From an uncultured bacterium (GTDB taxonomy: Bacteria; Chloroflexota; UBA5177; JANWHV01), in assembly GCA_963827235.1 (NCBI GenBank), contig CAWHAE010000017.1, forward strand, positions 189,287-253,286: 64,000 nt of DNA, written 5' to 3'. Within the stretch, counting starts at the first letter, position 1. Every line of letters starts with the position of its first letter. The position numbers were made by a program, and so were the translations under genes. The notes beneath the pieces are model-generated. The model saw only the letters and a program-made list of their open reading frames with translations. It was not told the origin of the DNA and did no database searches. Positions 10,505 through 20,105 of this stretch are shown here, one piece after another.

Positions 10505-11190
10505 GTGACGCCGAAGAGCAGGCCGCGGCACCGCTGATCCGCGTGCTGGTCGCGGACGACCAAACCGTCGTACGCGAAGGACTGGTGATGTTGCTGAGCC
10601 TCAGCGCCGGCATCGAGGTCGTGGGTGGGGCGGCAGACGGAGAGGAGGCCCTGCAGCTTGTCGCCGAGCGGCAACCGGACGTCGTGTTGATGGACTTACG
10701 CATGCCACGGCTGGATGGTATCGAGGCGACACAGCGCATCACGCGTGCCTTTCCGGCAACGCGGGTTGTGGTCCTTACTACCTACGCCGACGATATCTCC
10801 ATCTTTGGGGCGCTGGAGGCAGGCGCCCTGGGCTACCTCACCAAAGGGGCAAGCGCCCAGGAGATCCAGCGCGCCATCCGCACCGTACATGCCGGCGAGG
10901 CGCTGCTCGAGCCGTCCGTGCAGCTGCGGGTCATTCGAGCGGCGATCGGGCAGGATCGTCCGGCATCGCGGCGAGAGCAACGCTTGCCCGACGACCTGAC
11001 GGCACGCGAAGCCGAGGTACTGCGATTGCTGGCGCAAGGACTCAATAACGGCGAGATCGCGGCGCGGCTCGTCATTACCGATGCCACGGTGAAGACGCAC
11101 ATCAACAACCTGTTCAGCAAGGCCGGACTGCGCGACCGTGCACAGGCTGTCGTGTATGCGATCCGTCATGGCCTTGTCGACGAAACGTGA
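10501..11190 (+). CDS. NarL/LuxR-family response regulator
   Basis: VADDQ, LMDLRMP, LTAREAEVL, TVKTHINN; ATGA overlap with the kinase. Confidence 0.95.
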   Translation: MSDAEEQAAAPLIRVLVADDQTVVREGLVMLLSLSAGIEVVGGAADGEEALQLVAERQPDVVLMDLRMPRLDGIEATQRITRAFPATRVVVLTTYADDISIFGALEAGALGYLTKGASAQEIQRAIRTVHAGEALLEPSVQLRVIRAAIGQDRPASRREQRLPDDLTAREAEVLRLLAQGLNNGEIAARLVITDATVKTHINNLFSKAGLRDRAQAVVYAIRHGLVDET

Positions 11191-11191
11191 G

Positions 11192-11527
11192 ATGAACAAC
11201 TATTGCCGCACCGCGCGGCCCGCAGCTGCGGGCGGTCGCCTGGTTTTCCACCTCTTTGCCGCACTCGCGGAGTTCGAACGGGACCTCATTCGGGATCGCA
11301 CCAACGCGGGGCTCTTGGCGGTGCGACCCAGGGGGCGCACAGGAGGACGGCCGAAAGGCGTGAACCTGGTGAAGCAGAAAGCTGCCCTGGCCCTGCAGAA
11401 ACATCCCACGCACAGTATCAGGGAGATCTGTCAGATCGTGGGCATCTCGCGCAATACCTACTACAAGTACATCGCGCGGGCGCAGGAAGCGCATCCATCA
11501 AAGCGGACGTCCCGGCGACAGACGTAG
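11192..11527 (+). pseudogene. Serine recombinase (resolvase/invertase) C-terminal remnant
   Basis: GRLVFHLFAALAEFERDLIRDRT...GRTGGRP plus HTH. The N-terminal catalytic YxRVS motif is absent. Confidence 0.85.
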
Positions 11528-11658
11528 CCGGCGGCAGCGATTGACGCCGACGGGCCACGAGGCGGTATAGTATCGTCGACTCGTTTGCCGGAGCACTGCC
11601 TTGAGCGTGACCCTCATAGCCGTGAGCCAGGGTGCTGCGAGCAGCTTGTGGAGGAATC

Positions 11659-13209
11659 GTGGACCCAGTGGGACGCCGTGTGCGTTTGGGCACACCATTT
11701 GTGGCGACCGTCATGATCCTGGTGCTTGGTATGGCGGCACTCCCGCAAGCTACCGCGGCTCCGATCACGCCCGAAGCCGCGCTCATCCGCGTGCTCACCG
11801 CGCCGCAGATCCGGGCAGGCTGGTTCGCACCTACCTTCCTCGCGCAGGCCAGCCTGGCTCAGGTGCAGCAGGCACGTGCCAACCTCGTTGCGGTACTGGG
11901 CGCTTACACGGCAGTCACGGCGGAAGGAAACAGCACCTTCATGGTTCGCTTCCAGCAGGGATCCGCTGCCGCGCAGATCCAACTCGATAGCGTCGGCCGC
12001 ATTGATGGATTGGTGTTCAGCGATGTCCAAAGCGCGAATGTGCACTCACCCAACACAAAGCTGACGCCACAGGCAGCGCTGGACCGCGTCCTCTCGTCGG
12101 CGGTGCTGCTGCCTGCGTGGTTTGCTCCCACCTTCCTGGCGCAGGTGTCGCTCACCCTGCTCCAGCAGACCGTCGCTGGTTTCACCGATTCCTTCGGCCC
12201 CTACCTCTACGTTACGACCACACCGAATGGTATCTTCAAGGCGCACTTTGGCCTCGGTGTGCTCAGCGGGAAGGTCCATATGGACCAGCATGGTCGCATC
12301 GATGGCTTGCTGATCACCGGCGTTGTCTACAACCATGTCAGCCGGTCTGCCGCGGTGAACGGCTTGCGGCAACTGCCCGGCATGGTGAGCCTCGTCGTCC
12401 TAGCCAACAACACCCCGGTACTGGCCCTTGACCCCGACCGCTCGCTCGCGGTGGGTTCGGCGTTCAAGCTGGCCGTGCTGGCGGCGGTGCAACAGGAAGT
12501 CGCGGCGCATACTCTGACCTGGACCCAGCCCGTCACACTGCAGGCCCACGATATGAGCCTGGGGAGCGGTATCCTCCAATCCAAGCCGGTGGGATCGACC
12601 TACACCATTGAGGACCTGGCGCGCTACATGATCTCCATCAGCGACAACACCGCGGCCAACATGCTGATCCGGGTCGCCGGTCGGAAGACCATCGACGCGC
12701 TGATTCCGGTGCCGGATCAACCGCTGCTCACCACACGCGGACTCTTTGCGCTCAAGGTTCCCGCAAACGCGGCACTGTGCGCGCGGTACCTTGCCGCCAA
12801 GACGCCAGAGGCACGCATGCGGCTCCTGCCGGCCATAGATGCCCTTCCCCTGCCGTCGGTCAGCACCTTCACCGGCGAGCCCATGGCCTTGCAGGTGGAG
12901 TACTACTTCACTACCCGCCAGCTCTGCGGTTTGATGCGCAGAGTTGCGGCGTTGCCGCAGATGAGCGTCAATCCCGGCGTGGCGGCGGTCGCAGACTGGG
13001 AGCATGTAGCCTACAAAGGCGGGTCAGAAGCCGGCGTGCTCAATCTGACGACACAGATGACGGCCTTCAACGGCACGAGGTACTGTGTAGCGGCCACCTG
13101 GAACAATCCAGACTACGCGCTGGACGACGCGGTGTTCGAACTCTACTATGCCAACGTGCTGAGTTCATATCGAACTGCTGGCCAGGCGTACCGCCGGTCG
13201 GAGCGATGA
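11659..13209 (+). CDS. Secreted class A beta-lactamase-like serine hydrolase with a duplicated N-terminal domain
   Basis: GGAGG SD plus GTG; signal peptide; motifs SxxK (GSAFK), SDN and KGG; two copies of TPxAAL..VL....WFAPTFLAQ...GRIDGL. Confidence 0.85.
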   Translation: MDPVGRRVRLGTPFVATVMILVLGMAALPQATAAPITPEAALIRVLTAPQIRAGWFAPTFLAQASLAQVQQARANLVAVLGAYTAVTAEGNSTFMVRFQQGSAAAQIQLDSVGRIDGLVFSDVQSANVHSPNTKLTPQAALDRVLSSAVLLPAWFAPTFLAQVSLTLLQQTVAGFTDSFGPYLYVTTTPNGIFKAHFGLGVLSGKVHMDQHGRIDGLLITGVVYNHVSRSAAVNGLRQLPGMVSLVVLANNTPVLALDPDRSLAVGSAFKLAVLAAVQQEVAAHTLTWTQPVTLQAHDMSLGSGILQSKPVGSTYTIEDLARYMISISDNTAANMLIRVAGRKTIDALIPVPDQPLLTTRGLFALKVPANAALCARYLAAKTPEARMRLLPAIDALPLPSVSTFTGEPMALQVEYYFTTRQLCGLMRRVAALPQMSVNPGVAAVADWEHVAYKGGSEAGVLNLTTQMTAFNGTRYCVAATWNNPDYALDDAVFELYYANVLSSYRTAGQAYRRSER

Positions 13210-13490
13210 AGCCTGGTGAGTGACTCCCCCGCACACGAGTGGCTGCAATGGTGACGGTGCGGACCGAGGCGCACGAGTGGCCTGCACTTCGACGCCTCTC
13301 CGTGTGCGGACTTTGGTCCAGGCGGTACTTGGAGCCGCGAGAATCCCCCGACCTCTTGGTGCTCTCGCTCCGCGGTCCTCGCGGATGGGTATGGCGTGGT
13401 GCCAACTCGGAGAGCACTAAGAAGTCGGTGGGACTGTGTCATATAGACTTGGGCCGAGATAGGCCAGCCGCCGGCTGCGGCATCGCCGCG

Positions 13491-15074
13491 CTACTGGGTC
13501 ATGCCGAAGTCACTCATCGTGTCAGAGTCACTCGCCTGTGCGATCTCCGGCGGATTCAGCAGGTAGTCGAAGATGACCGCTCCGACATACTCGCGTGCTT
13601 TCGCGATGCGGGCAGCCTCCCGATCAGTGTCCATGTCTCGCACAGCCTCGTAGATGGGCTTGGCTTCACCCACATGATCCGGCCGGTCAGGGTCGTAGCG
13701 GCGGATACCGAGGTTCAAGCCAAATTCGTGGGGGTTGTCGGTGTAGGCATGATGCATCATCATGTCGACCGTGGGAATGGCGCGGGCCTTCAGGTAAGCG
13801 AGTACATACCCGGCTTCGCCCATCTCCTCAGTCAGCTTCTGCAGGGGACCCGTTTGTGAGTTGAACCCCTGTTCCGAGAATATGATCCTGCGTTGTTCGC
13901 CTCTATACAGAAGGTTGTCCTGTGCGAAGTAGGCAGCCAGAACTTCCATGTTGCGGAAGGTAATCCTCTGCGTGTCAAAGCTAAACTCCGCTGTTCGGTC
14001 ATGCCAGAAATCCGGCCAGCGAAGATCCTCCGGGTACGGATGGTAGGCCACATCCCACGGGAAGTTGCCGTCTTGCACCGCGTGCTCGTTGACGCCGTCG
14101 ACGATCTGCCGCCCACAGTAGTAGCGGAGCGGCTGGTTCGCGATGAAGGCCGTTCCGTGCCAGATCGGATCGAGCGAGGCATAGACGCGCAGGTACGCAC
14201 AATGCTTTCGGGCGCAGAGCCACGCGAGACGCATGGCCTGGGCATACTCTCGCGTGTAATCCTTCACCGTCATCTCGCCCGCATTGCCCCACACGTACTG
14301 GCTATCAACCTCATTACTGATGATCAGGCCGCCTATACGCCCGTAGCAACGATCCTCGCGGGTGTATCGCTCGGCTAAGAACTCGCAGAACGCGCGGTAA
14401 TATCCCTGACCTTCTTCCGTGCGCATATCAAACGCACTGATGAACGACGTCGTGCAGCTCCAGTCGTACCCGGGGTGCAGGCATGCATCGAGCAGCGTCC
14501 TTTCACCCGTTGGCATGAACTGTTTCGGAGAATTGAGCAGGATCATCGTCACCAGCACTCCCAGCCGGTCCTGCTCGCGCACGTAGTCGTCGACCTCATT
14601 CACTCGCTCACGCAAGAACCAATAGGTTTTCCCGTCGTGCTCGTATGCGAATGCGCCTTCGCACGGGTAAGCCGCCATGATGGCAGGCAGGTTGACGTTG
14701 AAGGTCATCTGCTGGATGCCGAGCGCTTTGACGTCGTCGGGCGTCGCGTGCAGCGCCTTTAGCGTGGCTGGCTGTGGGTAGGGCAGGCGGTTGGCCGGAA
14801 CATCAGTGGCAATATCGGTCACGTACCGCACTCCCTCAGCGCGTTCATTCCCGAAGAACAGAGCAAACTCCGAGAAGAGCCTGTCGTGCTTGTCGTCAAA
14901 ACGGGGAAGCACAGCCGTTCCGCTCCGGACTTCGACCTCGGTAAGCGATAGGGTCCTGCCCTGCTTCTCCGCGATCACCGGAACCGATTCCCTGACACGA
15001 GCTCGCCCGTCCGCTGCTTCGTCCAGATGTAGCGCGATCGTGTCGCGGGTTGCTTCAATCGCAGTGACCACCAT
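13491..15074 (-). CDS. DUF5722 family protein (putative glycoside-hydrolase-like TIM barrel)
   Basis: GGAGG SD plus ATG 15074; motifs IISNEVD, VAYHPYPEDL, IIFSEQGF. Confidence 0.75.
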   Translation of the reverse strand: MVVTAIEATRDTIALHLDEAADGRARVRESVPVIAEKQGRTLSLTEVEVRSGTAVLPRFDDKHDRLFSEFALFFGNERAEGVRYVTDIATDVPANRLPYPQPATLKALHATPDDVKALGIQQMTFNVNLPAIMAAYPCEGAFAYEHDGKTYWFLRERVNEVDDYVREQDRLGVLVTMILLNSPKQFMPTGERTLLDACLHPGYDWSCTTSFISAFDMRTEEGQGYYRAFCEFLAERYTREDRCYGRIGGLIISNEVDSQYVWGNAGEMTVKDYTREYAQAMRLAWLCARKHCAYLRVYASLDPIWHGTAFIANQPLRYYCGRQIVDGVNEHAVQDGNFPWDVAYHPYPEDLRWPDFWHDRTAEFSFDTQRITFRNMEVLAAYFAQDNLLYRGEQRRIIFSEQGFNSQTGPLQKLTEEMGEAGYVLAYLKARAIPTVDMMMHHAYTDNPHEFGLNLGIRRYDPDRPDHVGEAKPIYEAVRDMDTDREAARIAKAREYVGAVIFDYLLNPPEIAQASDSDTMSDFGMTQ

Positions 15075-15609
15075 GTTACATTTCCTCCCCCTAGTCATCC
15101 CTGTCGAGCCGCTCGCTGCCGCTCGGCCCCATCGGCCGCCTTCACTGCTGGTGCCGGAATAGACGGCGTTGTCATCGACCTCGCTGTAGTGCGGGTGCGT
15201 CGTCGCGGCTCGGCCCTGGTAGCCGTCCGTTCCGCGCACCCTTGCAGACGCGCGGCTCGGCCGGCCGATGGGCGACGATGCGACATGCCTCCGTGTTGCA
15301 TCACGATAGAATGTAACCTCTCGAAGTGCCGTTCTTGCCTCGCGAGAGACCGTACGCCTGCATTTCTGTCTTGCCGCAATCAGTAATCCGGCCCCTGCCG
15401 GATCCTCCTGAATCCGCCGCTCCGGAGCTTGCATTGATGCGCATGAGGGCGATGATGGGACGCGCCGCCACAAAGCCGACGCAGCATTGGCAACCCTGAG
15501 CCGACATCGCGGTAAGTCGCGGACCGGGGATTGTGTATGATTCCCGAGGGGGGCCGAAGCAGGCCCGATCGACGACGTGAGGCGACGGAGGAAGGGCCGG
15601 GATTGGGTT

Positions 15610-16344
15610 ATGCAGAACTACGAACCTATCGCGAGTTTCGGTGAGGAGGTTGCGAAAATCTACGACGATCTCAGCCCGCGCGAGGACACGGCAGCGACGG
15701 TCGCGTTCCTGGAGCACCTGGCCGATGGTGGTCCCGTGCTGGAGCTTGCGATCGGCACCGGACGCGTGGCGCTGCCCCTTGCCGCGCGGGGCGTGCACGT
15801 CGATGGCATTGATCTCTCGCCAGCGATGGTCGCCAAGCTACGCGCCAAGCCGGGTGGCGAGCAGATCGCTGTGACCATAGGCGATTTCGCCGATGTTCCG
15901 GTCCCGGGCGCGTATCGCTTGATCTTCGTCGTGTTCAACACGCTGTTCAACCTGTTGACCCAGGAGGACCAGGTGCGCTGCTTCCGGAACGTCTCCGCCC
16001 ATCTCACGGAGGACGGCTCGTTCGTGGTGGAGGCATTCGTGCCCTCCTTTCTCCACCGCTTGCGCGACGATCAGTATGTAAACGCCGAAGCCATCCGAGT
16101 GGGCGAGGTCCGCCTCGATGTGGGCCACCACGATCCCGTGACGCAGCGACTCGACGAGAGCCATGTGGTTCTCAACCGCGACGGCCTACACCTGTACCCA
16201 ATTGTCACCCGGTATGCGTGGCCCAGCGAGCTCGATCTCATGGCGCGGCTCGCCGGGCTGCGCCTGAAGGACAGGTGGGCCGGCTGGAACCGGGAGCCGT
16301 TCAGCGCCGCGAGCAGCATGCACGTGTCCGTCTACGGACGGTGA
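15610..16344 (+). CDS. Class I SAM-dependent methyltransferase
   Basis: VLELAIGTGRVA, GIDLSPAM, GDFAD, FNTLFNL. Confidence 0.9.
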   Translation: MQNYEPIASFGEEVAKIYDDLSPREDTAATVAFLEHLADGGPVLELAIGTGRVALPLAARGVHVDGIDLSPAMVAKLRAKPGGEQIAVTIGDFADVPVPGAYRLIFVVFNTLFNLLTQEDQVRCFRNVSAHLTEDGSFVVEAFVPSFLHRLRDDQYVNAEAIRVGEVRLDVGHHDPVTQRLDESHVVLNRDGLHLYPIVTRYAWPSELDLMARLAGLRLKDRWAGWNREPFSAASSMHVSVYGR

Positions 16345-16511
16345 CCAGGGTGCTGGTCACCCGGGAACGACCACGTCATTGTGACCCTAATGCCGGCGCG
16401 CGCAGCGTGAACGGCTCCGACGATCAGCAGAGATGCGAATTGGGCACTCCTATGCCGCGGCCGGTATGCGCTGCATGAAGATGCGCGAGCACGGCGGCCG
16501 CGCTCGCCCGT

Positions 16512-16841
16512 GCGCTGACCCTCGCGGAGGTCCCGAACGCAGAGATGGTGCGCGTGCATTGCTCGCACATACCTGAGCTCATCGCGCGCGGTGTCATAGA
16601 CGCGGCCGTCTGGAACGCGACCGCACGTGGACCCTTGAATCGCGGCGTGACACTGAGCACCCGCCCGTTGCATTGCCAAGAAGCGCAGGCTCTTGAAGGG
16701 GACTTTGCAAGGAGCATCACGTTGCTTGGGCGCCAAGATGCGCCGGAGGTCGGGGCGCCGATACGTGATCACATCGACGACGCGAGGTTCTCACGGGTGC
16801 AGCGTCAGGTACTGGCCGGAAGTCGCATTCCCACGTATCGA
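16512..16841 (+). pseudogene. C-terminal fragment resembling the YhfZ-type (GntR-associated) domain
   Basis: LIARGVIDAAVWN ... VQRQVLAGSRIPTY resembles the YhfZ C-terminus. No N-terminal half, and the expected stop after PTY reads CGA. Confidence 0.5.
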
Positions 16842-16845
16842 CCCG

Positions 16846-17895
16846 TTAGCGGTAACGGCAATCCTGGCGAGCCGTATCATACATTGCCAGGATGTTGTCT
16901 ACCGGCACATCCGGCAGCAAGGAGTGGCTGCAGCTACAGACGTACCCGCCACCGGCCCCGAGATCGTGGAATCGCGCCTGGACTTCAGCGCGTACGTCGT
17001 CCGGCGTCCCGAACGGCAGCGTTGTCTGCACGTCGATGGCGCCGTGAAACGCCAGCCTGTCACCAAAGTCGCGTTTCAGACCCGCCGGGTCCATCCCATC
17101 CGCGCCGACCTGGATTGGATTGAGCAGTTGCAGCCCCATCTCGACGAGATCGGGGACGATAGCGCGGATCGCGCCGTCGCTGTGCAGCATGACGGCCACA
17201 TCGTATGACCTTGCGCACCGAAACAAACGCTCGAAGTGCGGGCGAACAAGGCTACGCCACATATCCCGCTTGATCAGAAGGCCGCGTTGCGTCCCGAAGT
17301 CGGAAACCATCAGCACGATGTCCAGCTCACCAGGCGCTCGTGCGAACAGACGACTCATGACTGTCTCGTTGTAGGCAGCGATCTTGTCCATGATCAGGTA
17401 CACGAGATCTGGTTCGTCGTAGAGCCACGTAAAGAACTTCTCGAAGCCAACCATCTCGATGGCGTCGAAGAACACCCGGCACTCGGGACCGCCGATCCGG
17501 GAATGCTCGCCGGCGCCCCGGCAGAGCTCGAGCCAGGCATCGACGTCGACAGCCGCAGGATCGGGCCACTTGTGCGCTTCGATATCGGCTTTGGTCGCGG
17601 CATGAGCGAGAGGATGAAAGCAGGTGTACCCTCCAAAGGACCCTGACCGGCGTATGCCCCATATGTCTTCAGTTTCGCCAGTCGGCAGCATTGTTGTCTT
17701 GCCGAGACGGTCATCATACGGTACAGGGATTCGCCGCACGTCGACACCGAGCGCGTCGAGCAGGGCTTCTTCACCAGAGACGTGCAGGCGCTGCTGCAGC
17801 GCAGTGGTGACAGCGGGCTCGGCAAGATAGTCGAGCGGCAGGCGATCCGGGATTCGGCGACTAACCGCAGCCATTACCCGTTCTCGCGAATTCAC
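16846..17895 (-). CDS. Uroporphyrinogen decarboxylase / MtbA-CmuA methyltransferase family protein
   Basis: NSRERV start, DFGTQRG, LHSDG, LNPIQ, FHGAIDVQ, CSCSHSL; GTG start. Confidence 0.88.
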   Translation of the reverse strand: MNSRERVMAAVSRRIPDRLPLDYLAEPAVTTALQQRLHVSGEEALLDALGVDVRRIPVPYDDRLGKTTMLPTGETEDIWGIRRSGSFGGYTCFHPLAHAATKADIEAHKWPDPAAVDVDAWLELCRGAGEHSRIGGPECRVFFDAIEMVGFEKFFTWLYDEPDLVYLIMDKIAAYNETVMSRLFARAPGELDIVLMVSDFGTQRGLLIKRDMWRSLVRPHFERLFRCARSYDVAVMLHSDGAIRAIVPDLVEMGLQLLNPIQVGADGMDPAGLKRDFGDRLAFHGAIDVQTTLPFGTPDDVRAEVQARFHDLGAGGGYVCSCSHSLLPDVPVDNILAMYDTARQDCRYR

Positions 17896-18078
17896 CTCAG
17901 AATCTCCAAGCGGCACGGCGCGCCGATGCTGCATGGGTCGCGGGCAGCGGTGCAGTGTGCTCTCCGTCGGCTCGGCCACACAAACAGGCCGACCGAGGCG
18001 ATGCCAATGCCCAATAACCGGTGTGGTCTCCGGCAAGCGATATTGGGCCGCCTAAAACCTGCCGCCATCATAGCACAG

Positions 18079-18433
18079 GGGGACGCCGTCAAAAACCAGG
18101 GGGGAGGCCACGCCGCCTTTTTGGCGGCTGCTGCCTGCTTCAGGGCTGGATACCAACCTCTGCACTTCTCTTCTGGCTCTCCGTTTCCTGGAGCGCGCGG
18201 AACACGTTCGCGTGCCACAAGTACCACCTGATCCGCTCCAGCGTCTCGTCGGCAGCCTGTGGCTGCACGTTGTCACCAGCCCGTAGGCCCTTCGCCTGCT
18301 GGTGCAGGACGGTGATGCACATTGTGACGTGGAACAGCAATAGCTCTGGCGTCGTATGCTCGGGCAAGGCTTTCGCCAAGGGGCTGAAGGCCCGTGTCGG
18401 CTGGGGTCGGCAGCCGCATTGGAACAGGCACAC
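18079..18433 (-). mobile_element. Internally deleted ISKra4-family transposase remnant with right end
   Basis: Juxtaposed pieces FSPLA..LPEHTTPELL | FHVTM.ITVL.Q.AKGL...LERIRWYLWHANVFRALQ | RGWYP..AA, followed by CCCCCCCTGGTTTTTGACGG. These match recalled ISKra4 segments. Confidence 0.55.
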
Positions 18434-18497
18434 AGACGATGCGCGTTGGGCTGCTCAGGACCCCGCCAATCGAGCACAGTGTCAATCTCGAGCGCCA

Positions 18498-18737
18498 TAC
18501 CGTGAGATCGCCTGGCCGCCGATCAAGTATCGCCTGGACCTCGGGCTCACGCAGCAACAACTCGCGGAGCGCGTGGACACGAGCTACTCCCAGATTTCCC
18601 GCATCGAGAGCGGTCGCCAGAAGACCAACCTGGATACCCTCCGGCGTATCGCCCGGGCGCCCGATTGCTGGGTGGTGATTGGCTTCGAGCACACCACGCG
18701 TGAGCGGCAGCTTGAGCGGCAAACGGTCGCGCTGTAG
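18498..18737 (+). pseudogene. XRE-family HTH protein (antitoxin-like), N-terminus missing
   Basis: RLDLGLTQQQLAERVDTSYSQISRIESG...NLDTLRRIA. No start codon; it lies next to the IS remnant. Confidence 0.7.
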
Positions 18738-18774
18738 AGCAACTGCGCATATGCAGTACTCGCCAAGTCTGTCC

Positions 18775-19449
18775 TCAAATAGGTGCCTGGCGCAGTTTCT
18801 GCACTACTTCAGCTATCAGGCGAGCGGTTATGCCCCAGATCACCCTCGGGCCCAGCTGGTACACGTACACTGGGTGCCGGATGCCGCCCCAGGGCTTCCA
18901 GTACCGCTCCGGCAATCCCAGCTCTTTGGTCGGAAACGTGACCACTTCCTCCTGCGTAGCCGGGTCGACAAACGATGGCTCGATGCGCAGCGTGGTGTAG
19001 TACTTCTGCGGTTCATGCTGCTCGAAATATGCAACGGGCACCGTGAACACTTCCGCCACCTCGCTCTTGGAAACGACGAGCTCGTCCAGGCCGGCGATGG
19101 CGGCAACGCCCACAAACGCATCCACGATGGCGCCCATCGGCACCACCATCGTGTCTAGCCTGCCTGCGATCCGCAAGCAATCGGCTGGAATGCCCAGCTC
19201 CTCGACGGTCTCACGAATAGCGGTCTCTTGCAACGAGCTATCCTGCGTCGCATCGTAGGCGCCGCCAGGAAAGCAGATCTCGCCCGGCTGCCTGATGTCC
19301 GGACCCCGTTTCTGTAGCACGAAGTGGTATTCACCTTCGATCAGTGCCAGCAACACCAGGACGACGGCATTGAAGTAGTCAGCCTTACCATGTATGCCGG
19401 GAAGGGCCGGCAGGTTAGCTGTGAGTCGTTCCAGGTCTCGTGCCTTCAC
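18775..19449 (-). CDS. Nudix hydrolase, CoA pyrophosphatase subfamily
   Basis: RQPGEICFPGG, Nudix box ETAIRETVEELGI, IWGITA. Confidence 0.9.
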   Translation of the reverse strand: MKARDLERLTANLPALPGIHGKADYFNAVVLVLLALIEGEYHFVLQKRGPDIRQPGEICFPGGAYDATQDSSLQETAIRETVEELGIPADCLRIAGRLDTMVVPMGAIVDAFVGVAAIAGLDELVVSKSEVAEVFTVPVAYFEQHEPQKYYTTLRIEPSFVDPATQEEVVTFPTKELGLPERYWKPWGGIRHPVYVYQLGPRVIWGITARLIAEVVQKLRQAPI

Positions 19450-19775
19450 GGTGTCATTCTACATGAGGCTGAACCGGTGCGGAGACTGTCGCCGCGCTGT
19501 AGTCGGCACAGGACGCCGAACGAGCGGGCTCACGTCTGAGCCGGTGTCACCCTCGGCGCGATTATCCCGCCGCTATCTTGCACCGCAGGCCAAACCGCAC
19601 GGCAGGTTCCGCGGATCCGTGGCTCGCTACAGACGTGGCATAGTAAACAGGCCGGCGATCGCCGCGCGGCCCTGCTACCAGATCGTAGCGGACACGATAC
19701 CGTGTACAGCGCAGGTACGGTCCGTCGTGCCACCGGGTCCGGCCAGCTGCAGGCTAGCTCGCCTCGTGCGTCGTG

Positions 19776-19813
19776 CGGCTGTAGCCCAAGATTGCACGGC
19801 TGTAGCCCAAGAT
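19776..19813. repeat. Perfect 17-bp direct repeat with 21-bp period
   Basis: CGGCTGTAGCCCAAGAT at 19776-19792 and 19797-19813, in a divergent intergenic region. Confidence 0.85.
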
Positions 19814-20105
19814 ACGAGCTTGCACCGGACGGAGAAACCGATGTCACGTGCAAGAGCCGCGCAATGACGACCGCGTACTATGGGCGTAGACATTCGCGTT
19901 TGGCTGAAGGAACACGCAATGCGGCACACGCGGTGCCGAGGGAGAGTCGATACCGCGGCAGGTCATTGCAGCTGGCGACGGTTGTATGGCTTGTAGCAGA
20001 TTACCAAGCCGGGCTCGAGCGGACCGCGCGCCAGCGCGAAGGGTGGTGCTTGCGGTCGCCGTGCTCCGGGTGGGCGTACCGTTAACGAAGGTGGGGGGAA
20101 CAGTG

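Noticed and set aside
13220-13490. Protein-like stretch YLEPRESPDLLV...VGLCHIDL
   Set aside because: No start context and no identifiable family; at most a scrap.
19530-19720. Minus-strand coding-like piece RYRVRYDLVAG...VRFGL
   Set aside because: No start codon or family assignment possible.
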